A stretch of DNA of 64,000 bases from a virus. The notes under the pieces were generated by a model. The model ran no database searches. It saw only the letters and a list, made by a program, of their open reading frames with translations, and was not told the DNA's origin. Both the position numbers and the translations under genes were made by a program. This document shows, one piece after another, positions 36,501 through 47,983 of this stretch. The stretch is taken from positions 1 through 64,000 of the IMG/VR virus record IMGVR_UViG_3300042384_000288. The stretch is one strand, 5' to 3'. The first letter of the stretch is position 1; each line of letters starts with the position of its first letter.

Positions 36501-39500
36501 AATTCTATGAAGAATGGGCAGTGCGAGTAGGTGAATACGGAGCACTACAAAGTAATCCTTATGTGGAAATACCGTTAGCTGAAAATGAATACTCAGCTAA
36601 TCCTGCAATTGCACGTTTTGTTGCTGGCGCACAGTTTAACGACGGCGACGGTATATCGGTATTTAACGAAACTCAATTGTACAAATCCGAAGGAGTGTTT
36701 ACTGCTAGTATTGCATTAAATCGTACAAGTGCTAGTAACTATGACAACGATATTACCACTGCAGGTTACGTGAATATCAATGATGTTGACCTAACAATAT
36801 TCGATCTAGCCAACTACCAAAACATAGCGGGCGAAAATAGTCTAGATCGAATTGGTAGTGGGTTTACCATCTGGTGCGCCAAAGATTTCCAACAACGCTG
36901 GAACGTTTATCGTGTTACAGAAACAAGAAATACAGTACTAAGTGTAACTAATAGTTTAGATGGATTTATTACATTTACAACAAAATTGCCACACAAATTA
37001 ATTTTAGACGAAATATTTGTTATTAAGAGTTTTGATCCGGCATTTGATGGTTTTTATCAAGTGCGCACTGTTGTAAGTCTAACAGAGATTATGGTTCAAT
37101 ATACCGGAGATACTGCAGATCTAACTACGTTAGAAGGTGATGGACTACTGTTTGTTTTAGACAGTCTACGTTTCCAATACATGGAAGATGCACGTAAATA
37201 TCTTCCGCCGCACGGTTGGCAAGTGGGAGAAAAGATTTGGATTGATGAAGATGCAGCTACTAACTTAATACAAGGGCAACCTATTGCAACTCCAAATAAC
37301 ACATGGAAAGTTTATGAAAAAACGAGACCATGGAACGTAACTCAAGATTTAGATCGCATATCTACATTTGACAATGCCAACGGATTTGGTACTAGTATCA
37401 AAATGACGCAGGATAATCGAGTGATTGTCAGTGGAGCACCTTATCAAAATCTCGGAGTAGGTATAGTAAATACATTCTTGAAAGATAGTCAAGACAATTT
37501 CAATGAGGGGTTTGTTGTTGCTCCGGATACTGGCAACGCCACTGTTACCACAGCTAGCTTTGGATCAGTTGTAGATTTAGCACAGCTGAGAGGAATTACG
37601 TATCTAGCAGTAGGTGCCCCTCTAAGCAGCATCAATTCTAATACTAACATTGGGTTAGTGTATATCTATAAGAAAGACTCCAATGTAGCTGGATTTAGCA
37701 AAGCACAAGTGTTAGTAGGTATAGCAGGCCAAGATCAATTCGGTACAAGTTTAGCATTTAATCAAGATGGTAGTTGGTTATATGTAGGCGGAGTTGGAAA
37801 TAATGGTAAGGTTAGCTTATATGGTTTAAAACGTTTTGTTGAAAAAAATACCGGAATAGTAGTAGCTAGCTTAGGTAGTTCGACTGTAACAGTTCCGTTT
37901 GTTAGAGACCCTAATGTAAATTCAACTGATGCTAACAGTTTATTGATAACGTCATTTGGCAGAACATATATTCCGGTTATTGATTATACCGTTAATGGGC
38001 AAACAATAACGTTTAAAAATGCCTTTGCGGCAAATACAGAAATTACAGTAAGTCAAGGTCCGTACTATGCAATGTTAAATAACGGAGTGCCGTTGACACA
38101 TCCATTAGGTACAACTGGTACACAATATGGGTACGCACTGTCTAGCAGTTTTGACGGAGCACAACTTGCTGTAGGAGCTCCTAATGACACTGTGCAAGGC
38201 AAACTAGGCGCTGGTAGTGTTTGGGCATACGATCGATTAATTGAAGCGTTTAAGGCAGATGGTGGTATAGATTATGTAACTCAAAGCAATATAGCTGAAG
38301 TATACCGTGTTACAATCGAAGATGTTGAAGTAAATGATTACAAAATTATCGGAAGTAATACAGTAAGATTCCTTACTCCTCCACCGATTGGCAAAGTTAT
38401 TTTTGTTGAAACTAATCAATTTGTTTTATTAGAACGTATTACAGGCAAAGATGAGTTCATTCAAGCCAATGCTGCATTAGGTACTAGTTTAACAATTTGT
38501 TCAAACAATTGTGCGATTTATGTTGGTGCTCCATACTATGATAATGGAACAGCATACAACACTGGTGCAGTGTATAAATTCCACAATAGAGGTCGTTTAT
38601 ACGGAACCAATACTGGTACTACAGTAAACCCAACATTTACGCCAGGCGATAGTATTCGTTTAGATAACTTTGAAGTAACGGCAACAGGAACTACATTAGA
38701 TGATCTAGTTAATGATATTAATAATGCAGGTATTTTGGGTGTTAGTGCATTGAACGATCAAGGCAGACTAAGATTAAATTCTGATAAAACTGTAGCTAAA
38801 AACTTATTGCGTATGCTAGCAGGAACTGGTACAATATATGTTGATGCTGGTTTAGAAATTTTTGCACAAATGCAACTTATTACTAATCCATTTGATACTC
38901 CCGGTGAATACTTTGGTACTAAAGTTAAATTAGCAGCCAATGCCACCATGTTGGTAATTGGCAGTGGTCGCGGGACAACCAAAACATTCACTACATTAGA
39001 TAATGAAACAACAAATTTTGACTTTAACGCAACAGTATTCCGTGACGATATAGTAGGTAGTGGAAGTGTATACATTTACGAACTATACGATGATCCTCGA
39101 GATGCAGTTGAATATCCGGGTCGATATCAATACTGTCAACAGCTTAGTGTTATAAATCCACTACATCCTGATGACCCTGATTATAATCCGCAAGAAGGAT
39201 TAAATCCGGGCGACCAGTTTGGCTATGCGTTAGATATTGAAGGCACGTACATTATTATTAGTTCGCTAAAAGATAGTACTGCAGGCGCTAATGCAGGTGA
39301 TGTCTATGTGTTTAATAATCCTACAATGACTCGAGGATGGAATTTAATACATTACCAAGAAGAAACTGTAGATCCTGACAGTGTAAGTAGAATGTACTTG
39401 TACGATAGTACTGCTAGCACAATTTTAAGTAACCTACAATTTATCGATCCTGCCAAAGGACGTATCTTAGGGCAAGCAGAACAAGAAATTACATATAAAA

Positions 39501-42500
39501 CAGAATATGATCCTGCTCTGTATAATGCGGGAACAAATAACACAACCGACATTAATTCTCAACTCTATTGGGGAGCGAATCACGTTGGGCAAGTATGGTG
39601 GGATTTAAGTACTGTGCGTTTCATTGATTACGAACAGGGCACGTTAACATATCGTAGTATTAACTGGGGAGGAGTTTTTCCTGGCTCATCAATTGACGTT
39701 TACGAATGGGTAGAAAGTGATGTTATTCCTAGTCAATATGTTGAAAATGACGGAAACGGGATTCCTAAATTCGAAAATGACGGTGCGTATGTAGAAGAAA
39801 TATTTGTAGATCCTACAAGTAATATCATTTCTACTAGATATTATTTCTGGGTCAGAGACAAAACTATAGTAGATCCAAATAATCCTACACGTCGATTACC
39901 GATTCAATCAGTGGCTAGTATTATCGAAAATCCTAAAGCTCAAGGTATAGCCTACGGTGCGATCGTACGCAATGATGCAGTAATATTATATAATGTAACT
40001 CCGTTCTTAACAGCAGACGATACAGTATTGCATATCGATTATCAGAAAACTATTAACTCTAATATTATTCACAGTGAATATGAACTTATACAAAAAGGTA
40101 ATGCAAGTGCAATACTGCCTGCTAAAATAATCAATAAATTAGTAGATAGTTTAAGTGGTGTTGATGTTGAGGGTAACAGCGTACCAGATCCAACGCTGAG
40201 TCCTGCAGAACAATACGGTATAGGTGTACGCCCAAGACAAAGTATGTTTGTTAATCGTTTAGTTGCAGTAGCACAGTTAGTATCTTTTGTAAATGCAGTT
40301 TTTCAAGAAACTCCAATTACAGGCAATGCCGATCTTAGTGCTTTAAGTGCTGAGGATCCGCTACCTACTGACAAATTAGGCGAATACAATTTAAGAGTAG
40401 CAACTGATATTGAGTTAGCATACATCGATAGAGAACCATTGTCTGTGGGAACTATTGCGCTGGTCGAAAACGACACAACGCAGAGCGGATTGTGGGTATT
40501 ATATAGATTAGACGAAAACAGACAATGGGTAATTGATCGTGTTCAAAGTTACAAAAATAGTCTATACTGGGATTACGTTGACTGGTACGCTGTTGGATAT
40601 GATTCCTCAACGAAACCTACTTTTAGTGTGGACTCGGTTGTTGATGCATTAAAACAACCAGTTGCTGCAAATGATCTAATCAAAGTTAACAATGTAGGAA
40701 ACGGTCAGTGGCGCTTATTTTTAGTAGCGTTTAACGGAGCATTGATTACAGTTGGTATTCAAAATGGCACTATTCAACTTAATAGTGTGTTAGGTAACTA
40801 CGAAGACAATGGAATTGGTTATGGTAATCAAGGATTTGATCTAAGTAGGCATGACCAAAGTCCTAATACTGAAATCCGTGGTATTATTATTGCTATTATT
40901 GAAACAATTTTTGTTGGAGATCTAGCTGGTAAAGTGAATGAATTGTTCTTTACCCTAATTAATTATCTGTTAACTGAACAACCTTATGTAGACTGGTTAT
41001 TTAAGAGCAGTTTTATTAGTGTGAAACATCAATTGAGAACATTGAGTCAATTCCCTAGCTATGTTCGAGATAATCAAACATACTACCAAGATTATATCAA
41101 CGAAGTTAAACCTTATAGAACTAAAATTCGAGAATATTTAATTAACTATACTGGATCCGACGAATTTGAGGGTAGTATTACTGACTTTGATTTACCTGCA
41201 TATTATGACAGATCTTTAGGGCTGTTCCGTAGCCCAAGCGGTGAACAAGTGGTAGCTGACTTAGCAAGATGGCAGACACAACCGTATAATGAGTGGTATA
41301 ATAATCGTGCATTAGAAATTAGTAGTATTGTAGTAAGCACCGCAGGTGCAGGATACACTACTCCACCAGTAGTTACTATTACTGGAGGTGGTGGCGTAGG
41401 TGCCACAGCCGAAGCTGTTATTGATGGCAACAACGGATCAGTGATCGGTATTACTGTAACAAACAGCGGTGGTGGATATTCAACCACCCCTACTATCAAT
41501 CTTAACGGTAGTGCAACTACTACTGCTGAAGCTGTTCCGGTTATGGCTAATAGACTCATAAGAAGTTTTGACACTCGTATTAAATTTGATAGAATAACTT
41601 ATCATACTACAATAAAAGAGTGGGCAGCTAACACCGCATATCGTGCAGGAGACATAGTCGCGCACTCGCAATTAGATGGCAATAAGTCTATTAGAAAAGC
41701 ATATACTGTAAATGTAGACATTATCACAGGTACAACTTTTGTAGCAACAGACTACACAGTATACGGTGCCGGCGAATTTAGTACAGCCAATGATCGCATA
41801 TTAGGTTATTACGAGCCAAGAGATACAATGCCGGCTATAGAAACAATTACACGATCTATAGATGTAGTGCAAGATGTTACTAACGCAAATATTATGTTTG
41901 TGACAGCTTTACCAGGTCTACGTAGAGATATGACTATCAGCGGAAGTGGTGCTAATGCAGCAACTATCACTGAAGTGGTATCAGGTGTGTTATTATTAAG
42001 CGGAAACATAACAGCTAATATTGGTAATTACCTAACACAAACAAGATTTTCAAATACATATATCAATACTGGAAATGTTAGCACTTCAAAATGGGCTAAT
42101 GTTGTTGCTACAGCTAATGTACAAATTACTGCAGAATTCCCTACAACATATGGCAACATAACTAATGCATATCGTGTAAGTTCTTATATTACTGAGCACG
42201 AATTTGATTTTGCTAATGTTGTTACTATAGTTGATACAACAACATTACCAGAGTCAACAGTAACTATTACATCAGTTTACCCTGTGGCCAACGACGTAAT
42301 CGCGGTACAACTTGATAGAGAACAAACTCAAGATTCGGGCAACATAATAACTGCAACTTACAAAAATCTAAGTCAATTAGTATCTGATTTAGAGTATCCT
42401 GGAGTTCAATTACAAGGAAGTCAATTTGTACAAGGACCAGGATACGATGCACCGTTTGGCAGCGTATTTGACAATATAGATTATAACAGTGACGGAACTC

Positions 42501-43276
42501 CGTTGCTAAGTGAAGCATCATTAGATTCTGTAATCCGTAGTACATATTCGGACTTGTTATTAGGCACCCGTGCGGAAGATATTAATATAGAAGGTGGAGA
42601 ATATGTTGATACGTACTCAAGCCATGCGCCAGAAGAACTAGTACCGGGGCGAGTATATGACGCATTGGATATGCAGATATATACAAAAATTAATGGTAAT
42701 ACAGAAGTTTTGGGATATCGCGTATTTACAAACATGCTAGACTATGTAACGTATACACGAATAGCAGATGCGCATTCAACAACACTAACGCAGGTATTAC
42801 TACCAACAGATACAGAAATTCATGTAGATGATGCTACCGTTTTAATGGAGCCAAATCCAGCAGCAAACTTACCCGGTATAGTGTTTATTGGTTGCGAAAG
42901 AATTGTCTACTATAGAATTAACAGAACTACTAACGTAATTGGCCTTATTCGTCGAGGCACACACGGTACGGCAATTATGCCAATACATGGCATAGGTGCA
43001 CGTGTAATTGACAGTGGACAAACACAGCATATACCTACAATAACAGTTGGCACAAATAACGCTAATGTTAGTGTTTGGTTTAACAGTGGAGCAAACGTTG
43101 CCACCGACGGTACTGGCTTCGAAGGTTCGACAACTGAGGCTGTTAATTTCTTAAAAGCCGCTACCGCAGGAAATGTACAAATAGCAACCGTTTCTGAGAT
43201 GATTATCACCGAGGATGCGGTAAATACATTAACGACTGAAGACGGCCAGATACTCATTGAGGAAGACCAAGCATGA
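30569..43276 (+). CDS. Giant (4235 aa) baseplate/virion structural protein with FG-GAP-like propeller
   Basis: Uninterrupted 12.7-kb ORF after gp6; [13 protein letters not shown] wedge-like motif, [11 protein letters not shown] repeats and seven FG..GAP-like repeats. Confidence 0.8.
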   Translation: MAVKKTLDFLPTIFRSDTNNKFLSATMDQLVEEPNLTRLHGYIGRKFAPTYKVNDSYISESSGDRQNYQLEPGVVVKNKQDEITFFSSYPDLLNKIRYYGGNIDDHSRLFDSQYYSFDPQISYDKLVNFSQYYWLPDGPDAVEVNTTGINLIETYIVTRDAATNSYIFRSEGKIDYSITLARGGTYRFIVDQPGFPFWIQTELGADGRVTATPTLSARDVLGVENNGIDSGIVTFRVPLDTAQDRFIIMQTVYNVDYAVPLEYTSLQNKFLSQFLANYPQYSGITGTLDGKYLVFILPEGTVNRSQAAFTNDAVVDPVTNAIIPGYDVGYVVPSSIHYGVWQVKFVDVPGVAEKLIRLVHIQNVAINEKVYIRYGVLNANKEYFKDYDGFFYEVPLLSSILDTLYVQDAASAGMYEAVKIINYVGWNIDVENDIIGKVNYTSPNGVQFTSGLKIEFGSDVIPASYQNKQYYAENIGDSIRLVWVDLLVTPEPYRAELALNYPLGIGENSSNAEYITINRASRDLNAWSRNNRWFHRDVIVATATYNNTVPLIDQRNRAKRPIIQFELDLQLVNQGRIGKQAVDILDLFTLDPFTELQGTVALTAFGTTLTNGLRVLFAGAVDPLVKNKIYTIELVQYGYDTELRQPSGEFYVNLVIAEDGASEAYDTVVITQGRFKGTQWYFDGIDWKESQQKTNLQQAPLFDVADINGKSFTEFERTTFAGTKLFGYAESSAAVLDPVLQLPLSYRNLATQGELEFNTFFNTDTFSYLLDGVSVTNAVSTGFVQRVISRDVLSPKNTWRTVVEDTKQYQLIGYNADGINSAFTLDVRTAPSQSVPYLKVFKNYVYQTTDRWILIDNTVRLVQSLNFTGDGVTASFTVDNTLNGIIVSIDGVLQTPSLFGIAGNVVTFEVPPSKNSIILIRTIQLPTINDKIDILIYSKQPSEFGVYQIPLNLELNARNTNIESVTLGQMRNHLVAMSQNSTTLIGDPLGISNLRDVEIKQQGGTILQNSAPVPHASLFLLDEKANFINALRLAQREYSKFKNKFLGLATTLSGINPTDPVASVDLILTSINSIKNTTFPWYYSDMVPYGTLKNTITYTVFNTLDSDYEITNVFNDQNLSNQAVLVYLNDVQLTKNIDYIFLQDRPAVRFIGATLEGLEVDDIIQLVEYTNTDGNYIPETPTKLGLWPKYVPQIFLDDTYRQPINVLQGHDGSITPTFGDYRDNFLLELEKRIYNNIKVLDTAYENVVDVVPGKFRETDYNLTEMTQILSQGFLNWVGNNKIDFSSNDSFRPNDAFTWNYNAFPDRVDGEILPGSWRACYQYFYDTFRPHLTPWEMLGFSEKPDWWEEFYGPAPYTGSNKLLWDDLEAGRIREGKRSLIDLGLGLGIDPRYARPGLSALIPVDENGQLLSPVAAITGAYKSNRAGGSWTVGQYGPVEYAWRTSSDYPFAMQRAAALAKPGRYFGLLADAFNYYYDETLDQYLTRGTNRHITQFDINYNGNSINGRVYRSAGWINWVADYLVNQGINPASEILTKIQNYEIKLSYKTAGFTDQKYLQILAEQVSPSSFGDSIAIPNENYQVHLYKSTPVNTLRYSAVIVEKTSNGYTVRGYDLNNPFFVIIPSQANNNATRINVLNSSASIYNNFQNLRLTVPYGYEFTTQQQIVDFLIGYERNLKGRGFTFEELDNQLGQVKSFRLSAEEFLFWAQQGWKAGSILVLSPVINTVRATTISGITDGITDSQYGSKVLDVNFQMVKNNNYDVMRSATEFKLTLTGDGAVVGYLEVDVVQYEHVLIFDNNTVFNDVIYEPESGSRQYRLRLIGQKTGAWDGSLYAPGFIYNSGVVDLWNQGKDYLKGDLVEFKNQYYVALENIIAAPEFQFGLWQIIASSEIKKGLLPNFSTLASAAEDYYDSYGSIKDKNQIQQSHSLIGFKPRQYLSDLGLSETSQIEFYKGFINQKGSANAVNQLLNAVFNNLNSNIEFYEEWAVRVGEYGALQSNPYVEIPLAENEYSANPAIARFVAGAQFNDGDGISVFNETQLYKSEGVFTASIALNRTSASNYDNDITTAGYVNINDVDLTIFDLANYQNIAGENSLDRIGSGFTIWCAKDFQQRWNVYRVTETRNTVLSVTNSLDGFITFTTKLPHKLILDEIFVIKSFDPAFDGFYQVRTVVSLTEIMVQYTGDTADLTTLEGDGLLFVLDSLRFQYMEDARKYLPPHGWQVGEKIWIDEDAATNLIQGQPIATPNNTWKVYEKTRPWNVTQDLDRISTFDNANGFGTSIKMTQDNRVIVSGAPYQNLGVGIVNTFLKDSQDNFNEGFVVAPDTGNATVTTASFGSVVDLAQLRGITYLAVGAPLSSINSNTNIGLVYIYKKDSNVAGFSKAQVLVGIAGQDQFGTSLAFNQDGSWLYVGGVGNNGKVSLYGLKRFVEKNTGIVVASLGSSTVTVPFVRDPNVNSTDANSLLITSFGRTYIPVIDYTVNGQTITFKNAFAANTEITVSQGPYYAMLNNGVPLTHPLGTTGTQYGYALSSSFDGAQLAVGAPNDTVQGKLGAGSVWAYDRLIEAFKADGGIDYVTQSNIAEVYRVTIEDVEVNDYKIIGSNTVRFLTPPPIGKVIFVETNQFVLLERITGKDEFIQANAALGTSLTICSNNCAIYVGAPYYDNGTAYNTGAVYKFHNRGRLYGTNTGTTVNPTFTPGDSIRLDNFEVTATGTTLDDLVNDINNAGILGVSALNDQGRLRLNSDKTVAKNLLRMLAGTGTIYVDAGLEIFAQMQLITNPFDTPGEYFGTKVKLAANATMLVIGSGRGTTKTFTTLDNETTNFDFNATVFRDDIVGSGSVYIYELYDDPRDAVEYPGRYQYCQQLSVINPLHPDDPDYNPQEGLNPGDQFGYALDIEGTYIIISSLKDSTAGANAGDVYVFNNPTMTRGWNLIHYQEETVDPDSVSRMYLYDSTASTILSNLQFIDPAKGRILGQAEQEITYKTEYDPALYNAGTNNTTDINSQLYWGANHVGQVWWDLSTVRFIDYEQGTLTYRSINWGGVFPGSSIDVYEWVESDVIPSQYVENDGNGIPKFENDGAYVEEIFVDPTSNIISTRYYFWVRDKTIVDPNNPTRRLPIQSVASIIENPKAQGIAYGAIVRNDAVILYNVTPFLTADDTVLHIDYQKTINSNIIHSEYELIQKGNASAILPAKIINKLVDSLSGVDVEGNSVPDPTLSPAEQYGIGVRPRQSMFVNRLVAVAQLVSFVNAVFQETPITGNADLSALSAEDPLPTDKLGEYNLRVATDIELAYIDREPLSVGTIALVENDTTQSGLWVLYRLDENRQWVIDRVQSYKNSLYWDYVDWYAVGYDSSTKPTFSVDSVVDALKQPVAANDLIKVNNVGNGQWRLFLVAFNGALITVGIQNGTIQLNSVLGNYEDNGIGYGNQGFDLSRHDQSPNTEIRGIIIAIIETIFVGDLAGKVNELFFTLINYLLTEQPYVDWLFKSSFISVKHQLRTLSQFPSYVRDNQTYYQDYINEVKPYRTKIREYLINYTGSDEFEGSITDFDLPAYYDRSLGLFRSPSGEQVVADLARWQTQPYNEWYNNRALEISSIVVSTAGAGYTTPPVVTITGGGGVGATAEAVIDGNNGSVIGITVTNSGGGYSTTPTINLNGSATTTAEAVPVMANRLIRSFDTRIKFDRITYHTTIKEWAANTAYRAGDIVAHSQLDGNKSIRKAYTVNVDIITGTTFVATDYTVYGAGEFSTANDRILGYYEPRDTMPAIETITRSIDVVQDVTNANIMFVTALPGLRRDMTISGSGANAATITEVVSGVLLLSGNITANIGNYLTQTRFSNTYINTGNVSTSKWANVVATANVQITAEFPTTYGNITNAYRVSSYITEHEFDFANVVTIVDTTTLPESTVTITSVYPVANDVIAVQLDREQTQDSGNIITATYKNLSQLVSDLEYPGVQLQGSQFVQGPGYDAPFGSVFDNIDYNSDGTPLLSEASLDSVIRSTYSDLLLGTRAEDINIEGGEYVDTYSSHAPEELVPGRVYDALDMQIYTKINGNTEVLGYRVFTNMLDYVTYTRIADAHSTTLTQVLLPTDTEIHVDDATVLMEPNPAANLPGIVFIGCERIVYYRINRTTNVIGLIRRGTHGTAIMPIHGIGARVIDSGQTQHIPTITVGTNNANVSVWFNSGANVATDGTGFEGSTTEAVNFLKAATAGNVQIATVSEMIITEDAVNTLTTEDGQILIEEDQA

Positions 43277-44394
43277 CAATAAAAATTAGCGAATTAAGCA
43301 GTTTAACCACGGTACAGGGCAATGTACAAATACCGTTGGTTGCCAACGTCGCAGGAACACTAACTACAGTTAGGGGAAATGTTGCCCAACTAACTGACTA
43401 CATATTAGGTACCTCTGGTATTGACTATGCTAATATTATAGCTAATGCAGCAACGCAGGCAGGGCAAATTTCTAATCTGACTAGTAATGCTGCAGTACAG
43501 TCGGGGCTGATAGCAGAACTACAAAGTAATGTAACAATATTACAGGGTGATATTATTACACTAACAGCCAATGCGGCTACACAGTCAGGTGAACTAGCAA
43601 CACTAACAGCCAATGCGGCTACACAGTCAGGTGAACTAGCAACACTAACAGCCAATGCGGCTACACAGTCAGGTGAGCTAGCAACACTAACAGCCAATGC
43701 GGCTACACAATCAGGTGAGCTAGCAACACTAACAGCCAATGCGGCAGTGCAATCAGGTGAGCTAGCAACACTAACAGCCAATGCGGCTACACAGTCAGGT
43801 GAGCTAGCAACACTAACAGCCAATGCGGCTACACAGTCAGGTGAGCTAGCAACACTAACAGCCAATGCGGCAGTTCAATCTGGATTACTAACAGACTTAT
43901 TAGCTAATGCGTCAGAGCAAACTACGGAAATAACTTCAGTAACCGCAAATGTTGCAATATTGCAAAGTAACGTAGCTACTTTATTTGTTAATGCTTCTAC
44001 ATTGGCCAACGTAGCCTCTAGTGGTGACTATAATGATCTGATTAATTCTCCTACGTTAAGCAATGTGGCAATCAGTGGTGACTATAATGATCTGATTAAT
44101 TCTCCTACGTTAAGCAACGTAGCCTCTAGTGGTAACTATAATGATCTGATTAATTCTCCTATATTAAGCAACGTAGCCTCTAGTGGTAACTATGATGATT
44201 TATTTAATTCTCCTATATTAAGCAATGTAGCAATCAGTGGTGACTATAATGATCTGATTAATTTACCAAATCTAGAGGCTATTACTAATTTTGTTCCAGG
44301 CAACGTCGAACATTGGACTGACTTCATCACTACGATTTTTGACGCAGTTAATAATCTAGCGCAACGTGTATCGGATTTAGAAAATCCAACATAA
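43273..44394 (+). CDS. Fibre-like protein with coiled-coil and SGDYNDL repeats
   Basis: N-terminal IKISEL motif; 14-aa and 18-aa tandem repeats. Confidence 0.75.
   Translation: MTIKISELSSLTTVQGNVQIPLVANVAGTLTTVRGNVAQLTDYILGTSGIDYANIIANAATQAGQISNLTSNAAVQSGLIAELQSNVTILQGDIITLTANAATQSGELATLTANAATQSGELATLTANAATQSGELATLTANAATQSGELATLTANAAVQSGELATLTANAATQSGELATLTANAATQSGELATLTANAAVQSGLLTDLLANASEQTTEITSVTANVAILQSNVATLFVNASTLANVASSGDYNDLINSPTLSNVAISGDYNDLINSPTLSNVASSGNYNDLINSPILSNVASSGNYDDLFNSPILSNVAISGDYNDLINLPNLEAITNFVPGNVEHWTDFITTIFDAVNNLAQRVSDLENPT
43558..43885 (+). repeat. 42-bp tandem repeat, 7 full + 1 partial copy ([14 protein letters not shown])
   Basis: acactaacagccaatgcggc... recurs every 42 bp from 43558. 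Confidence 0.95.
44008..44268 (+). repeat. 54-bp tandem repeat, ~5 copies ([18 protein letters not shown])
   Basis: Visible in both DNA and protein; xSGxYNDL is a common phage tail-fibre repeat. Confidence 0.92.
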
Positions 44395-44409
44395 AATAGA
44401 GGCAAAAAC

Positions 44410-44577
44410 TTGACAACAAACACGATAAATAATACTATTGAAGAAAATAAACAACAATCTGAGATTCAACAACCTCAAACGAAACAGCCAGATGAGCGTA
44501 GTGGGATTCATGTACAGGGGCATATAAAAATATTTGACCCACAAACAAAAGAAGTTTTCGTAAACGGACGAGCATAA
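44410..44577 (+). CDS. Small unannotated ORF (~55 aa) resembling the N-terminus of the next gene
   Basis: TTG start after AGAGG; ends PDERSGIHVQGHIKIFDPQTKEVFVNGRA; stop is 1 nt before ATG 44579. Confidence 0.65.
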   Translation: MTTNTINNTIEENKQQSEIQQPQTKQPDERSGIHVQGHIKIFDPQTKEVFVNGRA

Positions 44578-44578
44578 T

Positions 44579-45205
44579 ATGAGTTTAACAATGAATTTAG
44601 ACGTTATTGGAATGGTAAAGATTTTTGATCCTAAAACAAACGAAGTGTTTGTGGACAAGAAAAATGCCATCCACTACGAAAATATGAGTAAGGCTATTGC
44701 TAATTGTTTAGGAAACAAAAATACTGAACCTGGATTCGGCGGATTTATTACAGAAATGCATTTTGGCAACGGCGGCACCACAGTTGACCCTACTGGAGTT
44801 ATCACATACTTGCCTACTAATACTAATGTGCAGAGTGCAGATTTGTACAGTCCTACATACTATAAAATTGTAGATAATACCAGTGCCGCAAATAGCGACA
44901 AAGCAAGAAATAAAATAGAAATTAGTCATATTGCAGGATTGATTTACACTGACATTATTGTTAGTTGTTTACTAGACTACGGTGAGCCAGCAGGGCAAGC
45001 TGTGTTTGACAATAGCCAAGATTTGAGTGGCGAGTTTATTTTCGACGAGTTAGGATTAAAAGGGTTTAGTAACGACGGAGAAGGACTTGGTCCTTTACTC
45101 ACTCACGTTATCTTTAGTCCAGTGCAAAAATCATTGAATAGATTGATTCAAATTGATTACACAGTGCGTATACAGACACTGACGAATTTAAGTACAAACG
45201 CATAA
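44579..45205 (+). CDS. Virion structural protein (baseplate/fibre attachment)
   Basis: FGNGGT, FDELGL and LLTHVIFSPVQKSLNR motifs; precedes the fibre genes. Confidence 0.7.
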   Translation: MSLTMNLDVIGMVKIFDPKTNEVFVDKKNAIHYENMSKAIANCLGNKNTEPGFGGFITEMHFGNGGTTVDPTGVITYLPTNTNVQSADLYSPTYYKIVDNTSAANSDKARNKIEISHIAGLIYTDIIVSCLLDYGEPAGQAVFDNSQDLSGEFIFDELGLKGFSNDGEGLGPLLTHVIFSPVQKSLNRLIQIDYTVRIQTLTNLSTNA

Positions 45206-45218
45206 TTAGGATAATAAG

Positions 45219-46616
45219 ATGGCATATACTATAACCACAAGAGACGGACAACTGCTAGGTACCATAGCAGATGGTACCGTAAATACTGTCAATACTGATT
45301 TAATTTTAGTAGGTCGTAACTACAGTAACTATGGGCAAATAAAGCTCGATAACATGGTAAGGTTACTTGAGAATTTTAGCAACAGTGCAGAACCTGTAAG
45401 CCCATTGATAGGACAGTTATGGTGGGATTCTGGCGAAAAAAGATTAAAAATCTGGGGTAATTCAACAACAGACACTAGTCCGGGCGCAGGTAATTGGCGT
45501 AACGTGGGCAGTGCAACTGTATCAACAGCACCTCCTAACACAACTGTAGCAGGCGACATGTGGTTGAATTCATCTACTAGTCAGTTTTATGTATATGATG
45601 GTACAACTCCGTTTAATGCCAACGGATGGGTGTTAGTAGGACCAGGATATAATATTACCAACGGCAAAAGTACTGCACTTTGGGAACAAATTGCTGATAC
45701 TGCCGCAGTATTGCATAATGTTGTTAGCATTTATCTTGATGGTGTTAGAACTGCAATAATTAGCAAAGATCCAGAATTCCAGCCACAGGTAGCTATATCA
45801 GGATTTGGTAATATACAACTTGGGTATAACATGAACAGCAGTTATACTATCTACGGAACTGCTAATAATGCTAGTTTCTTAGGTAATCAGCCTGCTGCTA
45901 ACTATTTCCGTAATAATATCAACAACACAGGAACCGGTACACTAAGCATTGTTAACGATAGTGGAATTACTATCGGAACTGGCTCAGACTTAACATTATC
46001 AGTTAATAGTATTCATGCCAGAGTTATTAATAATACCAATGGGGGCAATGTTGAGATTTTTGCAACAGTTGGCGGAGTTTCGACAAGATACATTACAATC
46101 AATGGTACTACTGGCACGGTAGAGGTTGCAGCAGATCCTACTACTGCATTAGGGGTTGCTACTAAGCAATATGTAGACAATAGATTTATTAATGCAACTT
46201 TAACAGGGGTGTCAACTGCAATAACAGCGCCGGTCAATACTGCTAATACTATGATTGCTACTACTGAATTCGTTATAAATAATTCAGGATTTTTTACAAA
46301 CAAGATTTACCAAGGCGATAGCTACATGGAAATCTTGGATACAGGTACAGGGTCTGCTAATTTAGTAGTAGACGGTACTAGTGTAATGACTGCTAGTCAG
46401 TCAGGAGTTAATCTTAGAAATGGTGCATTGGCAGTGACTCAACCTGATATTTACAATGGTACAGGTAATACTAGAGTAGCCACTACACAATTTGTTAAAA
46501 ACGCTACCCAGTGGTGGGGAGGCAGTGCCAAATATGTTAGTACTGATGCTCCGCAACTAGGAGTAAATGATGCTGGTTCTAATAACGGTGATTTCTGGTT
46601 CCAGTATTCTGTATAA
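45219..46616 (+). CDS. Tail fibre / baseplate fibre protein 1
   Basis: MAY.I...GRNY..YG....N...LLENF...P..GQLWWD head; ATKQYVD fibre motif. Confidence 0.75.
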   Translation: MAYTITTRDGQLLGTIADGTVNTVNTDLILVGRNYSNYGQIKLDNMVRLLENFSNSAEPVSPLIGQLWWDSGEKRLKIWGNSTTDTSPGAGNWRNVGSATVSTAPPNTTVAGDMWLNSSTSQFYVYDGTTPFNANGWVLVGPGYNITNGKSTALWEQIADTAAVLHNVVSIYLDGVRTAIISKDPEFQPQVAISGFGNIQLGYNMNSSYTIYGTANNASFLGNQPAANYFRNNINNTGTGTLSIVNDSGITIGTGSDLTLSVNSIHARVINNTNGGNVEIFATVGGVSTRYITINGTTGTVEVAADPTTALGVATKQYVDNRFINATLTGVSTAITAPVNTANTMIATTEFVINNSGFFTNKIYQGDSYMEILDTGTGSANLVVDGTSVMTASQSGVNLRNGALAVTQPDIYNGTGNTRVATTQFVKNATQWWGGSAKYVSTDAPQLGVNDAGSNNGDFWFQYSV

Positions 46617-46652
46617 AATAGTAAGATAAATATAATATAATAGGTAACAACA

Positions 46653-47969
46653 ATGGCATATAACATTACTTTAACAAATAGCACTACTATTGGTACCATC
46701 TCAGACGGTACAGTTAATAGTTCGGCTACTAGCTTAACCCTAATAGGAAAAAACTATGCCGGATATGGTAACTTTTTAAATCAAAATTTTTTAAAGTTAC
46801 TCGAAAACTTTTCTTTTGGAACACCGCCGATAGCGCCGCAGACAGGTCAGCTATGGTATGATTCAGCAAATAAAATTCTTAAAATTTCTGCAGATGGTAG
46901 CAGCAATCAATGGAAACCTGTTGCTAGTTTGACAAGATCAACAACCACTCCTACTGTGCCGGCACCGATCGAAGGTGACATGTGGTGGGACCAAACCGCG
47001 TTACAGCTTAAAGTATACGGTGGTGGAATTAGTGATTGGATTACAATAGGTCCTGCATTTAGTACTGTGGGCGGCACTAGCGGATCTGTTGTAGAGACAG
47101 TTTTAGATAATTTAGGCAACAGCCAGATTATTATTAAATTATATATTTCAGGTAGTGTAGTAGGCATTATTAGTGGAAATATAGCTGGATTTACCCCACA
47201 GACAACTATTACAGGTTTTTCTAATATTAATTATGGTTTTAATGTGCATTCAAGTGCAACTTTTGCAGGCGGTGACGCAGCTAATGCAACAACAATAAAC
47301 GGACTGGCATCAAATCAATTTTTACGCAGTGATGTAAATGACAACAACAGCGGATATAATCTGACTGTTGGTAGTTTAACAGTGGGCGGATTTTTTACTC
47401 AAACAGAAAATGCAGCTAATGTTGAATTGAGAAATACAAAAAATAACAGCGACTTAAGTTTTTACGTAAACAGCGCAAATACTGTTTCGAAAGTTTTTAG
47501 CATCACAGGAACTACTAAAGCCGCAACATTATCTAACGCATTATTAGTTCAAGGTGCATTAACTGCCAGCACTACCTTAGCAGTAACCGGAGCCGCAACA
47601 CTATCGTCTACACTACAGGTTACTGGAAATATAACTCCTCAAAGCAATGGCACAGGCAGTGTAGGTACTAATACCAACAGATTTGCCAATGTATTTGCTA
47701 ACATAGTAACAGCGACTGATGCAATAACTACCACAGTAACAGCAAATACAGTAACATCAAACCTAGTAACAGCAAACACAATAACAGTGGCCAATACAGT
47801 AGCAGCTGCTAACTTAACAGCATCTTCAACGTTTAAAACAGCAGTCTACGCTACAACAACAGCAAGAGACTCGGCTATTCCAAGTCCACAGGCTGGGATG
47901 ATTGTTTTTGTAACCACAGGCACAACATTCTGGGGATATAATGGCAGCGCATGGGTAGCATTAAATTAA
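46653..47969 (+). CDS. Tail fibre / baseplate fibre protein 2
   Basis: Same N-terminal module as its neighbours; C-terminal ARDSAI..GMIVF..FWGYNGSAW domain. Confidence 0.75.
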   Translation: MAYNITLTNSTTIGTISDGTVNSSATSLTLIGKNYAGYGNFLNQNFLKLLENFSFGTPPIAPQTGQLWYDSANKILKISADGSSNQWKPVASLTRSTTTPTVPAPIEGDMWWDQTALQLKVYGGGISDWITIGPAFSTVGGTSGSVVETVLDNLGNSQIIIKLYISGSVVGIISGNIAGFTPQTTITGFSNINYGFNVHSSATFAGGDAANATTINGLASNQFLRSDVNDNNSGYNLTVGSLTVGGFFTQTENAANVELRNTKNNSDLSFYVNSANTVSKVFSITGTTKAATLSNALLVQGALTASTTLAVTGAATLSSTLQVTGNITPQSNGTGSVGTNTNRFANVFANIVTATDAITTTVTANTVTSNLVTANTITVANTVAAANLTASSTFKTAVYATTTARDSAIPSPQAGMIVFVTTGTTFWGYNGSAWVALN

Positions 47970-47983
47970 GATAACGGAACAAT

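Noticed and set aside
43558-44268. CRISPR array or diversity-generating retroelement repeats
   Set aside because: Units are contiguous, in-frame coding repeats with no unique spacers; no cas or reverse transcriptase gene is present in the window.
46653-47969. Enrichment of N-x-S/T glycosylation sequons in fibre proteins
   Set aside because: Sequons are frequent, but so are Asn, Ser and Thr; a rough count by eye did not exceed what composition predicts.
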